A stretch of 52,924 bases of DNA from NCBI GenBank assembly GCA_018238625.1, contig JABCSY010000016.1:1-52924 (forward strand), given 5' to 3'. The position numbers and the translations under genes were made by a program. This DNA comes from Promethearchaeota archaeon (GTDB lineage: Archaea > Asgardarchaeota > Lokiarchaeia > Sigyniarchaeales > SOKP01). Below the pieces are notes generated by a model. It was not told the origin of the DNA. It did not search any database and saw only the letters and a program-made list of their open reading frames with translations. Positions 20,730 to 29,822 of the stretch are shown here, piece by piece (position 1 is the stretch's first letter; each line of letters starts with the position of its first letter).

Positions 20730-21311
20730 ATGGTATTACTTGAATATAATGGAAGAAGTCCTAATATCAGCAGCAAAAGTTATGTATCTCCACTTGCTAC
20801 TTTAATAGGTGATGTCACTGTAAATGATAATGCTATTATATGGCCGGGCTCTATTATACGCGCTGAAAACTCTAAAATTAACATTGGAGAGTACACTACG
20901 GTATTTAATGGTGTTATGATGTTTACAAGATCCCAAAAAAGCTCAATTCATATAGGGCGATACTGCATTATTGAGTCGGGAGTTACCATTTTAGGGTGTT
21001 TTATGGAAGATTATGTTCAAATTATGGAAGGTACTCTTATTTACGAAGAAAGTTCAATTGGTGAAGGTTCAATAATTATCAACAAAAGCCAAATTCCCCC
21101 AGGTTTAATAATTCCGGCTAGATCTGTATTACGTGGGATTCCTGTTGAGCCAATACGAGAACAATCGCGCAACGAAGTTCTAAAACAAAAGGATAAGGCA
21201 GAACATTATTCTCAACTATTTATAAAGATCAAAGAACAGCTTCCTAATGCTCAAAGCTACTTAATAACACTTCCAGATTTTATTAAACTCCTTCTGAAAA
21301 AAGAATTTTAA
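20730..21311 (+). CDS. gamma-carbonic-anhydrase-like left-handed beta-helix protein lacking Zn His ligands
   Basis: SPLATLIGDV..IWPGSIIRA..INIG hexapeptide repeats, GIPVEPIR, C-terminal helix. Confidence 0.8.
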   Translation: MVLLEYNGRSPNISSKSYVSPLATLIGDVTVNDNAIIWPGSIIRAENSKINIGEYTTVFNGVMMFTRSQKSSIHIGRYCIIESGVTILGCFMEDYVQIMEGTLIYEESSIGEGSIIINKSQIPPGLIIPARSVLRGIPVEPIREQSRNEVLKQKDKAEHYSQLFIKIKEQLPNAQSYLITLPDFIKLLLKKEF

Positions 21312-21323
21312 AAGAAAAAAAAA

Positions 21324-22211
21324 TTATATTTTAATGTTTAATTTATTTATCAATTCTTTATACCTAGAACGAAGAGTCACTTCTGTGACTCCTACAACGT
21401 TAGCAATTTCTTTCTGAGAAATCCTTTTGTCTTTCTTTTTACATACTAAATACAATGCTCCTGCGCACAAACCTTTTGGATCTTTACCACTTGTCGAATA
21501 TCTTGAAATAAAAGAACGTAAAAGTTTTATTGCAATTTTTTCAGTTTCAGCGTCTAATCCCAATTCAGCAACATACCTTGGTATAAGAGATATGGGATCT
21601 GTTGAAGGTACTTTCAAATTTAATTCTCTTATTAATGTTCTGTAACATCTTCTTACATTTTTTGCATTAATAGAAGTTTCATCTAAAATTTCTTGAAGAG
21701 TTCTTGGAATTCTTCTTTCTCGACAAGCGAAGTATAAGCAAGCGGCAACCATCCCATTTATAGATCTGCCGCGTAATAATTTTCTCTTAAATGCTTCAAT
21801 ATATAACCTAATCGCTGCTTTTTTTATATGAATGGGTAAATTTAAATTACTTCCAATTCTTTTTAATTCAGTTGTGGCGATTAGCATATTCCTTTTATCC
21901 CAAGTCATACGAGAATTCCATTTTGCAGCTCTTTTTAAATCCGGATTTGTTATATTATTTTTATCAATAATAGTACTTAAACCCATATCGGGCAACAAAA
22001 TTGAGATTGGAGATCCCGTCCTTTCCCTTCTTTCTTTTTCTTGTTTTGTAAAAGCTCTTTTGCCACTATGAGCAGTATCCAAAATCCTTTCGCTTATAAC
22101 TAACCCACATTGACGACATACGATTTCGCCCTTTTCTTGAATTGAAATTGTCTTTCCTTCACATTCTGGACATAAATTTGATAAATTTCTAACTATAGAT
22201 TTTATTTCCAT
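21324..22211 (-). CDS. tfb: transcription initiation factor IIB (TFB)
   Basis: CPEC...CRQCG Zn ribbon, RGRS..AACLY, GKDPKGLCAGALY, VTEVTLRSRYKEL. Confidence 0.96.
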   Translation of the reverse strand: MEIKSIVRNLSNLCPECEGKTISIQEKGEIVCRQCGLVISERILDTAHSGKRAFTKQEKERRERTGSPISILLPDMGLSTIIDKNNITNPDLKRAAKWNSRMTWDKRNMLIATTELKRIGSNLNLPIHIKKAAIRLYIEAFKRKLLRGRSINGMVAACLYFACRERRIPRTLQEILDETSINAKNVRRCYRTLIRELNLKVPSTDPISLIPRYVAELGLDAETEKIAIKLLRSFISRYSTSGKDPKGLCAGALYLVCKKKDKRISQKEIANVVGVTEVTLRSRYKELINKLNIKI

Positions 22212-22412
22212 ATAGAAAACCTCTTTGTAAAAAAATTCTCAAACTAAATATTAAAACTACTAAATTCCCGTGTAAACTGACTGAAAAATGCATTATTTGA
22301 AAATCTAAATTTCTTGTGACTGAAAATCGATTTCTTCCTTGAATGCAAATTATTTATATCCACCTTAGATATATAAATCTTTCGATCAAAATTACATGCT
22401 GTCTACAATATC

Positions 22413-23033
22413 CTACAGCATTAATGGCAAAAATGTTGTAAACCCAAATAAGATACTTCCTGGAACGGCTTCAAATAAACGAATCATAGTATCTCTAGGA
22501 TTTTTTACTTTAGCTAAAAAATACCAGATTGAGAGCGTTAAATGAATTGTATGGCCAAATGAAAGCATCGCGATTCCATAATAAATTGTTTTTTCATGCG
22601 GAAAAATTGCGGAGTGAATATCAGTGATTCTATTTATAGCGTAAGGATCTATATCAATAAGGCTTACCATACTAAAAATTAAGCGATCCGGTAAGGGATC
22701 CAAAAACCATATTAAAAAGTATGTTAGATAATTGAAAAGAATCCCAAAACCTAATACAATATAAACGCATCCTAGGATTAACTTCGGTTTAGTAAGTAAA
22801 TCTGCCTTATCCACATCTTTATCTGAAGATATCAATCTTGATTTGAAATAAATTCCTCTTAACTTTAACAGAGTTAAAATTCCACACATCAGCAAGATCA
22901 GAACAAAAATAAATTTAATCGATTTAAAATATATTATTGCGTATTTATTAAATTCTATACACCACGCTTCTAAAGTATTTGCGATATCTCCAAATAAATC
23001 CTCTAAACGAAGAGAAAAGTCCGAAACTGCCAT
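22413..23033 (-). CDS. membrane protein, unknown function
   Basis: 3-4 TM helices. Confidence 0.7.
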   Translation of the reverse strand: MAVSDFSLRLEDLFGDIANTLEAWCIEFNKYAIIYFKSIKFIFVLILLMCGILTLLKLRGIYFKSRLISSDKDVDKADLLTKPKLILGCVYIVLGFGILFNYLTYFLIWFLDPLPDRLIFSMVSLIDIDPYAINRITDIHSAIFPHEKTIYYGIAMLSFGHTIHLTLSIWYFLAKVKNPRDTMIRLFEAVPGSILFGFTTFLPLML

Positions 23034-23106
23034 CTAATAATAATTTAATCTATTTATAAAAAAACTACACATATAAGATATAAAATTTTCAAATTGTAGG
23101 GTTGAT

Positions 23107-23547
23107 CTACAGGATTTTTTCACACTCTCGATTTATTTCTTTCATTGTGGTGACAAAGTCTTGCCACCAGTCTTGACCCTGTTGGGCAACAAGCATAGAA
23201 TCTGTTTTTCTCGAATCTAGACACCTAATTTCTTCTTTTTGAGCTTTGATTTTTTCTTTCCATATTTGACTAAAAATGTTTTGCATGTTTATCTTCACTT
23301 TCTTAATTAGCTCTTCATAAGTGACAGAAACATCCTCTTTTTTTTGAAGTTTCTGAAGCTGGTCAAATTTAATTTTTTCTTTTGCCCTATTTAAATCGCC
23401 ACAGTTTATCGTTATCGAAAAAGACTCTGTTTTTCCATATTTACAAAACTTTTGGTTTTCACATGGTGAACAATAACTTTCAAAACTTATTAGATAATCC
23501 TCTAACCCAATAATAGAATAATTTAGAATATTAGACATTAAATTCAC
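23107..23547 (-). CDS. hypothetical Cys-containing protein (CxxCxxxxxC)
   Basis: ORF with clustered cysteines. Confidence 0.7.
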   Translation of the reverse strand: MNLMSNILNYSIIGLEDYLISFESYCSPCENQKFCKYGKTESFSITINCGDLNRAKEKIKFDQLQKLQKKEDVSVTYEELIKKVKINMQNIFSQIWKEKIKAQKEEIRCLDSRKTDSMLVAQQGQDWWQDFVTTMKEINRECEKIL

Positions 23548-23703
23548 TTTTTAAGATTATTATAAAAAAGTATGCTCTTTATTCTATTAAAATTTGAGGC
23601 TTCAGAACCCAAAAATTTTTTAAATATCTAATCTTTAGGTAAATATTAAATAACCAAATTTTATGAGGTTCATGGAATTTGGCGAAATAAGCGGATTTGC
23701 ATC

Positions 23704-23777
23704 GGGAGAGTGGCTTAGCCTGGTATAGCGCACGGCTGATAACCGTGAGGTCGGGGGTTCGAAGCCCCCCTTTCCCA
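23704..23777 (+). tRNA. tRNA-Ile (GAT)
   Basis: Acceptor stem GGGAGAG/CTTTCCC, anticodon arm CACGG-CT-GAT-AA-CCGTG, T arm GGGGG-TTCGAAG-CCCCC; CCA not encoded. Confidence 0.95.
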
Positions 23778-23900
23778 TTTAAGCTTTTCATTAATCGTGC
23801 TGAACTTTATTTTAGTTAACTTGAAGCAATTGAGTGATAATTTTATTTCTATTTACAGAATATTATTTTTATATTTGATGGTTGATTTACTTATTTAAAC

Positions 23901-24494
23901 ATGAAAATTTTAGTGATCTCTGGCACACCCGGAACGGGAAAAACTACTGTTTCAAATAACATCGCAAATTACCTCAAAGTTCAAGTTATTAGTTTAAATG
24001 AACTAGCAATTTCAGAAAATTTAATAATAGATTACGACGCTAAAAGAGAAACATCTATTATAAATAAAAGTAAATTAATTCCCTTTTTGATTAATTTAAT
24101 AGAAAAATATAGAAAAGAAAATTTTGAGTTTTTAATAATTGAAAGTCATTTTTCAGACATTGTTCCCGAACGATTTATCGATTGGGTTATAATATTGAGA
24201 TGTGATCCAGACGAATTATTTATTAGGTTAAAAAAAAGAGGATATAAAATAGAAAAAATTAGAGAAAATGTTCAATCAGAAATTTTAGGAAACTGCGTAA
24301 ATTATTTTATAAATAAACAATTAGAGACGCCCATATTAGAAATTGATACCACAAAAATAAATATTAAGTCATTAACTAAAATGATAATAGATGATATTCT
24401 AAAAGAAGAAGATTTAGAAGGGTATTACGCAGGGAAAGTGGACTGGTTAGAAAAAATATTTCAAGAAAACCGTTTACAAGAATTTTTTGATTGA
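23901..24494 (+). CDS. adenylate kinase, AK6/Fap7/hCINAP family
   Basis: GTPGTGKTT, IIESH, LRC.P..L..RL..RGY...KI.EN. Confidence 0.9.
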   Translation: MKILVISGTPGTGKTTVSNNIANYLKVQVISLNELAISENLIIDYDAKRETSIINKSKLIPFLINLIEKYRKENFEFLIIESHFSDIVPERFIDWVIILRCDPDELFIRLKKRGYKIEKIRENVQSEILGNCVNYFINKQLETPILEIDTTKINIKSLTKMIIDDILKEEDLEGYYAGKVDWLEKIFQENRLQEFFD

Positions 24495-24515
24495 TAAATT
24501 CTGATTTAGAAGTGA

Positions 24516-26168
24516 TTGAATATGAAATTTGAAATAAATGATATTGATGCATTAGCGCGTTTAGGCAGTATTAAATTAAACAATAAAGAGATGCTTACCC
24601 CTAACTTATTTCCTGTGGTACATCCTTACAAAAACATTGTTTCCCCTCTTGAATTAAAGAAAATTGGTGCGCAATGTCTTTTTACTAATGCATACATTAT
24701 TTATAAAAAGGAAAGCTTAAGAACTCAAGTTTTACAGAAAGGACTTCACGAATATTTCAATTATGATGGAATAATCGCAACCGATAGTGGTGCGTTTCAA
24801 CAATATATGTATAATGACGATTCTTTAGATATTGATGCGAAAAGTATCGAGAAATTTCAAGAAAGTATCGGAGCAGATTTTTCTGTCATATTAGATATAC
24901 CAGTGCAATTAGAAGATCACTACGATATTGCAAAGGAAAAAGTGTTAACTACTATTCAAAGGGCAAAAAGTAATATTTCAAGGAGATCACGCTCAGATTG
25001 TTATTGGTTTGGTCCAATACACGGCGGAAAACATTTAGACTTGCTGAAAGAAAGCTCACTCGAAATGAGTAAATTAGATTTTGATGTCTATGCTATCGGT
25101 GGAATAGTAAAAGCGTTTTTAAATTACAGGTTTGAATTAACGACACAAATATTATTGACTGTAAAAAAGTATATTGCTCCCAACAAACCAATTCACATGT
25201 TTGGTTTAGGATTACCGCAATACTTTTCTTTGGCGGTCGCATGCGGTTGTGATTTAATGGATTCGGCAGCGTATGTATTATTTGCAAAGCAGAATCGTTA
25301 TTTTACCCTATCAACAGGTACTAAAAGGCTTGAAGAATTAGAAGAATTCCCCTGTCATTGCCCAATATGTTCGAAATTTTCCCCAAAAGAGGTTAAAAAT
25401 TTTGAAGATAATTTAAGGATTGAACTACTCGCAAAACATAACTTATACTTATCTTTCTCTGAATTAAGAACGATAAGACAGACAATAAGAGAAGGAAATC
25501 TATGGGAGTTAGTCGAACAAAGAATTCGAGCTCATCCTTATTTAGTGAAAGCTGCCAGTCTAATAAAAAAGAATAAACCTTTTTTTGAGATTTACGAGAA
25601 AGCATATAAAAATCATGGAAGGCTTTATGCTTGTACCGAAAGCGTAGATAGACCTTTAATTTATCGATACGAACAAAAAATAATAAACGATTACCGCCCC
25701 CCTAAAGAAGCTAAATATCTAATAATTTTACCCGAATTGGATGTAAAAGGCAAAACCTCCCCTACCACGAGTATATGGTTAGATATGATAAATAACAATC
25801 AACTTCTTCAAAGAAAGGACATCCATTTGGTTTTTTATTCTATAATTTACGGGATTATTCCATATGAATTAATTGATACGTTTCCAATGGGGCAATACGA
25901 ATCACTCGATTCCTCTTCTATTAATGATGTTTTCTATCAAAATTCCATAAAAAATTCAGAAGCGTTTTTAAAAATTAACTCGAATAATTACAAGAAATGC
26001 GTCCTTTTAATTCCAGAATTTTACATTAACCAATTTAACGAATCTACACGATTTCCAAACAAACATCCAATTAACGGGCTTAAAAACATCTTAAATAAAA
26101 TATATGAATCAAATTCGTGTGTGATTAAACAAATAGATGAACTTTTTCAATTTTTAAAGGAAGAATAA
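24516..26168 (+). CDS. tgtA: archaeosine tRNA-guanine(15) transglycosylase
   Basis: TPNLFPV, TDSGAFQ, HMFGLG, DLMDSAAY, CHCPIC...H Zn site; no obvious C-terminal PUA domain. Confidence 0.93.
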   Translation: MNMKFEINDIDALARLGSIKLNNKEMLTPNLFPVVHPYKNIVSPLELKKIGAQCLFTNAYIIYKKESLRTQVLQKGLHEYFNYDGIIATDSGAFQQYMYNDDSLDIDAKSIEKFQESIGADFSVILDIPVQLEDHYDIAKEKVLTTIQRAKSNISRRSRSDCYWFGPIHGGKHLDLLKESSLEMSKLDFDVYAIGGIVKAFLNYRFELTTQILLTVKKYIAPNKPIHMFGLGLPQYFSLAVACGCDLMDSAAYVLFAKQNRYFTLSTGTKRLEELEEFPCHCPICSKFSPKEVKNFEDNLRIELLAKHNLYLSFSELRTIRQTIREGNLWELVEQRIRAHPYLVKAASLIKKNKPFFEIYEKAYKNHGRLYACTESVDRPLIYRYEQKIINDYRPPKEAKYLIILPELDVKGKTSPTTSIWLDMINNNQLLQRKDIHLVFYSIIYGIIPYELIDTFPMGQYESLDSSSINDVFYQNSIKNSEAFLKINSNNYKKCVLLIPEFYINQFNESTRFPNKHPINGLKNILNKIYESNSCVIKQIDELFQFLKEE

Positions 26169-26171
26169 TAA

Positions 26172-26603
26172 ATGATTTTATTAGACTCAATCAATGCAAT
26201 TGGCCACCCTTTTATTCAATGTACTCATGGTACAACTATAGAGTTAACCAAGGACGATTACCTTACTAAAGAGGGAACCTGTATTTTGGGTATTAAGGCG
26301 TCAAAAGCTTGTTATGATTTAAATCCGGGATTGAAAAAAAAAATTAAGAACGGGGAAAGGATCGATGTTATAATAAAAGTAGATGATATAGTCGATTCTT
26401 TTTATGGCTATGGTAGTAGTAACTTAACTTTGCTAAGCAAAAAAGACTTAGTTTTTCGAAAAAGCAATTTTATATGCGATAGAACCATTTTAATAAACTG
26501 TACAAAATCCTCAAGGGAATTGAACAGGAATATTATTAACAAATTAACTAATTCCAAGAAAAATATTTCAATACTTTTCAAATTTAATGATGTATATGAG
26601 TAA
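26172..26603 (+). CDS. DUF371 family protein
   Basis: GHP.I..TH.TTIELTKDDYLT..G.CI.GI, VFRKS.F...RT. Confidence 0.88.
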   Translation: MILLDSINAIGHPFIQCTHGTTIELTKDDYLTKEGTCILGIKASKACYDLNPGLKKKIKNGERIDVIIKVDDIVDSFYGYGSSNLTLLSKKDLVFRKSNFICDRTILINCTKSSRELNRNIINKLTNSKKNISILFKFNDVYE

Positions 26604-27744
26604 AATTGGAAAAGAGGACACTCAATTTTTAAAAATTAAAAAGGATTCTGCTGAAAAACTTCTAAAATTAATTAAAACAAAATTATCAGACGAATCCATT
26701 GTAGACAAAAGGAAAAAAGTTATACATAGTGGAGTCTATGTGCTCTTTCCTATAGTAAAGAACGAAAAAAAAGTTAACAATTTGATTGAATGCATAGGAA
26801 ACGAATTAAATTTTGAAATTATTAACGCTAAGGGGAAAATTGATCCAAATCATAAATATCGCTCTCTTGAAGAAGCTTTAGTAGGCGAATTACCCGAAGA
26901 TATTATAGATTTAATACCAAAATCCTATGATGTTATTGGAAAGATTGCGATAACCGAATTTGATCGATTTAACTCATTAAGTGTGGACAAAACCTCAATA
27001 TATAAGAAAAAAGTAGCTGAAGCGATAGTAAAAGTGAATAAGATGGTAGAAACAGTCTACGAGAAAAAGAGCGAAGTAAAAGGAAAATATAGGCTAAAAG
27101 AATTACGACCTATTTTTGGCGTAGATAACCCCGAAACCTTTCATAAAGAAAATCATTGTATATTTAAATTAGATGTAAAAAACACGTATTTTACTCCAAG
27201 ATTAGTTTTTGAGCGAAATCGGCTAAGTTTACTCAAATTTGCAAAAAATGAATTAATCGTAGACATGTTTGCGGGTGTTGGCCCAATCTCTATTCAAATA
27301 GCAAGAAACAACGATGTAAAAATTTATTCTTTTGATATTAATCCAGCAGCACATAAATATCTCATTGAAAATGTAAATTTAAATAAACTGAAAGGACAAA
27401 TTCTTGCTTATAACATAGATGTTGTGAATCTTATAAAATCATCCAATGAATTAGGAATTAATTTAAAAAACCGCGTAGATAGAACAATAATGAATTTACC
27501 GGAACAATCTATTAATTATATAGATATAGCATGCTTCCTGACGAAAAAAACGGGCGGAATTATACATTTATATCAATTCTGTGAAAAACCAAATCCAATT
27601 GAAAAAGGAATTAAAAATTTAAGAAACCAGTTAAATAGGATGGGATGGCACATAGAGGAAATAATTAACTCTAAAATCGTTAAACCGTTTTCTCCTAAAT
27701 CCGATTTGATAGTAGTAGATGTAAAGATTAAGTACATTATGTAA
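26587..27744 (+). CDS. trm5: Trm5/Met-10+ family tRNA methyltransferase
   Basis: SYDVIGKI, YFTPRL..ER, DMFAGVGP, DINP, IMNLP. Confidence 0.88.
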   Translation: MMYMSKIGKEDTQFLKIKKDSAEKLLKLIKTKLSDESIVDKRKKVIHSGVYVLFPIVKNEKKVNNLIECIGNELNFEIINAKGKIDPNHKYRSLEEALVGELPEDIIDLIPKSYDVIGKIAITEFDRFNSLSVDKTSIYKKKVAEAIVKVNKMVETVYEKKSEVKGKYRLKELRPIFGVDNPETFHKENHCIFKLDVKNTYFTPRLVFERNRLSLLKFAKNELIVDMFAGVGPISIQIARNNDVKIYSFDINPAAHKYLIENVNLNKLKGQILAYNIDVVNLIKSSNELGINLKNRVDRTIMNLPEQSINYIDIACFLTKKTGGIIHLYQFCEKPNPIEKGIKNLRNQLNRMGWHIEEIINSKIVKPFSPKSDLIVVDVKIKYIM

Positions 27745-27818
27745 AGTTTTAATAACCAATGAAAACATTGATATTTAGTATAACTTACTGTTGACGAAAT
27801 TTCTTTGTTTGATTAAAT

Positions 27819-29030
27819 ATGAAAAAAATAACTAAGTTTGGGATAGAATTCTTACTATTAGCGCTCCGAATTGACAAACATATCAGGGGATATATTGATT
27901 TTTATTTTGGACCTGAAGAGCTTCGTCAAATTGTTGACAATGAATCTATAACCTCGCCAAGCAAGCTATTAATTGATTGTAAAGCTTTAATAAGGCAACT
28001 AGGCTCACAAGGTTACGATAAGAAGCGTGAGCGATACCTAGAAAAAATGCTTACGGCAATGAGGACTTCAATAGAATTATTAAATGGAGTCGAAATGTCA
28101 ATAAAAGATCAGTTTTTAAAACTTTACGATGTAGATTTAAAACCAGTTAATGAATCTGAATTGGATAATTTAAAAGAAGAATATAATGACGCTTATAGCG
28201 GTCCTGGAAGTTTAGAAGAACGAATTGAAAATTTAAGGTTAAAACGAAGAGTGCCTGAGGAAAAAGTTTTCGAATTTTTTAAAAGAGCACTTAAAATCAC
28301 AGAGAAACGAACAAAGGAGTTGTTTATAAATCTCTTACCTGAAAATGAGCATATTTTATTAGATTTAACACAAGAAAAAAACAATAACAAGATAAAATGG
28401 ACTTGCTACGAATGGTATTTAGGTAATTACAATAGCCGAATAGAAGTTAATCCGAAATTTAATATGTATTGGAATGCTTTACTGATGTATTCTGCTCATG
28501 AAGGCTATCCGGGACATCACACAGAATTTTCTATAAAAGAATGGGTACTATATCGCAAGTTAAATCAATTTGAACACTCAATTTTGCTCATGAACTCTCC
28601 TAAATTAATAATCAGTGAAGGTATAGCAGATCTTGCTATTAATATACTTTTTTCCTATCGAGATCAAGTAGAAATTGGATTAAACGAGTTTTGTCCAGAT
28701 GTTTCAAAAGAAGCATCCATAGAAGTCATGATTGCGCAATATAAAGCAAGAAGTAAGCTTATGCTTTTTTGGTATAATTTTGCTTATCATGCTCTTATTG
28801 ACAATTACACTGATGAGGAATTATTTAGTTATGGCAAAAATTTTGAGCTTTTTGGCGAAGATGACCTAAGAAATCAAATAAAAAGACTCAATGATCCAGT
28901 ATACTCAAAAAATGCTTTTACCTATAACCTCGGAAAGAATATTATAAAAAAGAAATATGGGGAATTCCCTTCAGTTAAAGATTTTCGAAATCTTTTAATT
29001 AATCCGATCTTACCTTCTGACTTGTTATAA
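27819..29030 (+). CDS. DUF885-like zincin metallopeptidase, copy 1 (no signal peptide)
   Basis: AHEGYPGHHTE, downstream SEGIA (third-ligand Glu), C-terminal AFTYNLG. Confidence 0.8.
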   Translation: MKKITKFGIEFLLLALRIDKHIRGYIDFYFGPEELRQIVDNESITSPSKLLIDCKALIRQLGSQGYDKKRERYLEKMLTAMRTSIELLNGVEMSIKDQFLKLYDVDLKPVNESELDNLKEEYNDAYSGPGSLEERIENLRLKRRVPEEKVFEFFKRALKITEKRTKELFINLLPENEHILLDLTQEKNNNKIKWTCYEWYLGNYNSRIEVNPKFNMYWNALLMYSAHEGYPGHHTEFSIKEWVLYRKLNQFEHSILLMNSPKLIISEGIADLAINILFSYRDQVEIGLNEFCPDVSKEASIEVMIAQYKARSKLMLFWYNFAYHALIDNYTDEELFSYGKNFELFGEDDLRNQIKRLNDPVYSKNAFTYNLGKNIIKKKYGEFPSVKDFRNLLINPILPSDLL

Positions 29031-29036
29031 AATTAC

Positions 29037-29114
29037 TTATTTAAAATTCAAAAATAATAGATTAGCCGCAAAAATGATTACAAATTCTCTACCATACCCA
29101 CTACCTACTATCAT
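29037..29114 (-). pseudogene. remnant of an SDR N-terminal Rossmann segment
   Basis: Reads MIVGSGYGREFVIIFA-ANLL versus AGSGFGRAFAVAFANKGANLV in the SDR at 50612; AATAAAGTA (NKV) just upstream in another frame. Confidence 0.5.
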
Positions 29115-29202
29115 ATACTTTATTATAAAATTATAAAAATTTGAGTTTTAAATTGTTTTTATTCAACTTTATTTATTTAAAAATCTCTTGCTACTTTTTC
29201 GT

Positions 29203-29213
29203 AGTTTAAATAA
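29203..29213 (+). promoter_or_regulatory. TATA-like AGTTTAAATAA box upstream of micropeptide 1
   Basis: Same 11-mer occurs upstream of all three micropeptide ORFs. Confidence 0.5.
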
Positions 29214-29324
29214 TCAATTTGAATCAAATTAATAAGTGAAGAAAAAACGAGAAAGTGCATAAGAATTCATATAAAAGAGAAAAAAATGTACATTATTTTT
29301 CAATATTTGAAAGGAGTGATTAAA

Positions 29325-29354
29325 ATGCCTGGTCAAGTTGGTACTACGCCTTAA
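29325..29354 (+). CDS. 9-aa micropeptide MPGQVGTTP
   Basis: ATG CCT GGT CAA GTT GGT ACT ACG CCT TAA; SD AAGGAGTGA; two similar copies in the window. Confidence 0.75.
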   Translation: MPGQVGTTP

Positions 29355-29357
29355 ATT

Positions 29358-29428
29358 GGTGTTTATTATAGAGAGTGCTTTACATTGATACTCTTTATAA
29401 GAACACTATTTATTTTTCTTTTTTTTTT
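29358..29428 (+). terminator. long hairpin plus T-rich tract after micropeptide 1
   Basis: GTGTTTATTATAGAGAGTG pairs imperfectly with TACTCTTTATAAGAACAC (29358-29407), followed by poly-T. Confidence 0.6.
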
Positions 29429-29513
29429 AATTAAAAATTCCTCCATTCTAAGGAATGTTTAAATTAAAACTATAACCAACTTCAATATTTATCAAGAAAT
29501 GAGTAAATATGGA

Positions 29514-29524
29514 AGTTTAAATAA
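29514..29524 (+). promoter_or_regulatory. TATA-like AGTTTAAATAA box upstream of micropeptide 2
   Basis: Same 11-mer, 105 nt before ATG 29619. Confidence 0.5.
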
Positions 29525-29618
29525 ATAATTAGAAAATGAATTGGGACAAAGAAAAAAATGTTTTCATTGGATACTCAAAATTATAAAAAACAACTCAATA
29601 ATAAATAAGGTGAATTAT

Positions 29619-29648
29619 ATGCCTGGTAGAGGGACTGTAACTCCTTAA
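29619..29648 (+). CDS. 9-aa micropeptide MPGRGTVTP
   Basis: ATG CCT GGT AGA GGG ACT GTA ACT CCT TAA; SD AAGGTGA; hairpin GGTGCTT-ATAG-GAGCGTC at 29655-29672. Confidence 0.75.
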   Translation: MPGRGTVTP

Positions 29649-29747
29649 TTTGGTGGTGCTTATAGGAGCGTCTTACTTCAAAGCTCTATTGAATGATTTG
29701 TTAAAGCCGATTATAAAAACAGGAGTTAATTCTTTGATTTATTGAAG

Positions 29748-29822
29748 TGGACCTGGCAGGAGTCGAACCTGCGATCTTCGGATTAGAAGTCCGACGCCAT
29801 ATCCAGGCTTGGCTACAGGTCC
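29748..29822 (-). tRNA. tRNA-Arg (TCT)
   Basis: Minus strand GGACCTG...TCGGA-CT-TCT-AA-TCCGA...GCAGG-TTCGACT-CCTGC-CAGGTCC-A. Confidence 0.95.

Noticed and set aside
22244-22348. Phe-rich 34-aa TTG uORF and TGACTGAAAA direct repeat upstream of tfb
   Set aside because: Phe richness is expected in AT-rich DNA, there is no functional rationale, and the likely transcription start would exclude its SD.
23579-23791. 70-aa minus-strand ORF
   Set aside because: Antisense shadow of tRNA-Ile.
29074-29136. Plus-strand 20-aa ORF MITNSLPYPLPTIIYFIIKL after the peptidase
   Set aside because: No SD and no counterpart at locus 2; better explained as the antisense of the SDR remnant.
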